From NCBI GenBank assembly GCA_028826165.1, contig JAPDFW010000092.1:682001-746000 (forward strand): a stretch of 64,000 bases of DNA, in the 5' to 3' direction. The notes under the pieces were generated by a model that ran no database searches, was not told where the DNA came from, and saw nothing but the letters and a program-made list of their open reading frames with translations. The first letter of the stretch is position 1, and the number at the start of each line of letters is the position of its first letter. Shown in pieces: positions 61,801-64,000 of this stretch. This DNA comes from Anaeramoeba ignava BMAN. Its lineage: Eukaryota; Protista; Anaeramoebae. The position numbers were made by a program, and so were the translations under genes.

Positions 61801-63630
61801 AAAATTTCAGGAAGTTTTGTTAATGCTTGTCTAAACAAGTAAAATAAAATGATTGTTCCAAATGCTTTCCTTGTTGTTAAACTATCTTCAAATTTAACAT
61901 ATAAAATAAACGTTATAGCAACAGCAATTAAAGTAGCTAATAAATTCAAGAAAGAAAATAAAAATATTAAATGATTTTGATTTTGATTTTGATTTTGATT
62001 TATGCAAACATGAAAATGATATTAATTTTGAAAGAGTTCCAACAAGAAGTTTATTTTTTGTTTTTTTCTGCTCTTCTTTTCTTAAAGCTAAATTACATTT
62101 TAGAACATTTATTATTTAATATTTATATTTATATTTTTTTTTAGAAAGAAAATTTACAATCAATTTTTTGAATGAAATGATTTTCGAATTGATTAATTTT
62201 AATTTCTCTAATTCCTGAAATTATTGATTTAAGAATTTCCATTTGTTCGTGTGAAATTTTTGAATGAGAATTCATTTTATAAAATTGAGTGTCAACAAGA
62301 AAACTGAGCAATATAAAGATTAAGATTATTCCAATTCCTAGAATTTTTAATTCAATTTAATATTCAATTAAATATTCAATTCAATATTCAATTCAATTCA
62401 ATATTCAATTCAATATTCAATTCAATATTCAATTCAATTTAATATTTAATTCAATATTCAATTCAATTCAATTTAATATTTAATTCAATATTCAATTCAA
62501 TTCAATTTAATATTTAATTCAATATTCAATTATTTACCAACTAATCCAAAAACTCCAATTTCAAGTATTATTAAAGTCAATGCAACAATTGCAGATAAAG
62601 GTTTAATCCATAATAGATTATAATTATAATTATATGAAAGTAAATAATTTCCTAAAAGTAGTTGTTTAAACACTGCATAAAAATTTGGTTCTAAAAGAAT
62701 TTTTGAATAAAACATTTTCTCAGATATTGTAACTAGAACTGTTCCATAAAGCTTTTCCAATTTTTAAATTAATTTTCCAATTTTTAAATTAATTTTCCAA
62801 TTTTTAAATTATTTTTCCAATTTTTAAATTAATTTTCCAATTTTTAAATTATTTTTCCAATTTTTAAATTGTTTTTTACTTTTATTCCATTAATAATTGT
62901 TTTATGTATATAATGTTCATTTGATAAATCTCCAATTAATGTAAACAAAAATAAGCATATAATAATTACAACTTTCATTGGTATTGTATCTTTATTATCA
63001 ACAATATAATTAATTCTTTTATTTTATTTTATTTTATTAAGAAAATTCCTTAATTAAAATCCAATCCAATTCCTTTTTTCTTTTTCAAATCAAATTTTTT
63101 ACAACAAAATTATAAACAAATATCTTAAATATAATGAAACTTCATAACAAAATTTTAAAAATCCACTAAAAAAATGTTCTTGAGAAATTAATTTCGTAAC
63201 AGGAATAAATTGTTTTCTAAATTAAATTAAATTAAATTAAATATTTTTGGAAATTGAAAAAAAAGTCGAAAAATTTTCGTTTTTAATTTAAATTTCGAAA
63301 ATTACTTTTTCAAATTTTCTTTAACTTTTTCTTTTATTTCTTTAAAATCAAACATTAAGGGAGAATAAGTGGAAAGAGTTTGAGGAAATAAATTAGTTTC
63401 ATTTCCAATTTTAGTAATATTAGAAAACCAAGAAAATCCAAGTCTATTTTAATTAAAAAAAAATTTTAAATATTAATAATAAAATTATGATCAGAAAAAA
63501 ATCATTTACTTTGAAAAAGTGGATCCAGTTAGCATTTAAAAACTAAACTAAAAAGAAAAAAAATTGAATTTTGTAAAAGAAAAAAATGATTTTTTTTTAT
63601 TAAGAAAAAATTATTTTTTTTTTTAAACAT
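58845..63630 (-). CDS. Divergent ABCC/MRP-type transporter, multi-exon; 5' end uncertain
   Basis: TMD-NBD-TMD-NBD layout; GICGSEGSGK, PWI...TIRENI, KIALARALYSGVDIYLFDD, GEIEFNHV, GTLRQNL; upstream exon LGFSWFSNITKIG resembles the ABCC lasso motif. Confidence 0.8.
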
Positions 63631-64000
63631 TTCTTCAAAATTGATGAGTCAAAACTTTTTTTTTAATCAATTTTTAAAACAGAAATTAATTTAAATTTAA
63701 TTAGAAATTATTATTAAATTTTGAAAAGGAAAAAATTTTTTTTTCTTTTTTTCTTAATCTTTTTTTATTTCTGATCAATTTTATAATAAATTAAAAATAA
63801 ATTTTCTTTTTCTTTTTCTTTTTTGATTAAAAATTTTTTTGAATTTTGATCCTAATTTATCAATAATAATAAAAAAAAATTTTAAAATAAAAAAAATTAT
63901 CTGTAATTTTGAAATGCTTTTCTGGCATTTTTTTTCTTTTATTTTCAATTATTTTAAATTTAAAAAAAAAAATTTTTATTTATAAGTTTAAATTTGTTTT

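Noticed and set aside
1-64000. Inteins/Hint domains, transposons, tRNA or rRNA genes, alternative genetic code
   Set aside because: I recognised no such motifs by eye; TAA and TGA act as stops and long ORFs translate normally.

Overview
Very AT-rich, gene-dense eukaryotic DNA with the standard genetic code and GT-AG introns that are often filled with tandem repeats. The style (QN/EN microsatellite tracts, RCC1-BTB and ankyrin-BTB proteins) resembles the metamonad Anaeramoeba; this is inference, not a database match. About 20 genes are present: CTL/SLC44 (partial), a large TPR-like protein, a mitochondrial carrier, an unknown protein, a tandem pseudo-Rho + ankyrin protein, LSm2, two tandem RCC1-BTB paralogs, a villin-family protein, a 41-aa Lys-rich ORF, an ankyrin-BTB-CaaX protein, an ENT transporter, CNOT1, Derlin, CWC27, NOL6, UBE2H, RER1, an ALG5-like protein and a degenerate ABCC. 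The main finding is invisible in the ORF track. Both ankyrin genes encode one repeat per phase-0 exon, and the beta-hairpin tip residues between repeats are supplied by 23 predicted micro-exons (19 of 3 nt, 4 of 6 nt), each flanked by AG and GT. The non-ankyrin parts of the same genes are intronless. All gene models were spliced by eye and lack transcript support. Several frameshifts in homopolymer or repeat tracts are probably assembly errors.
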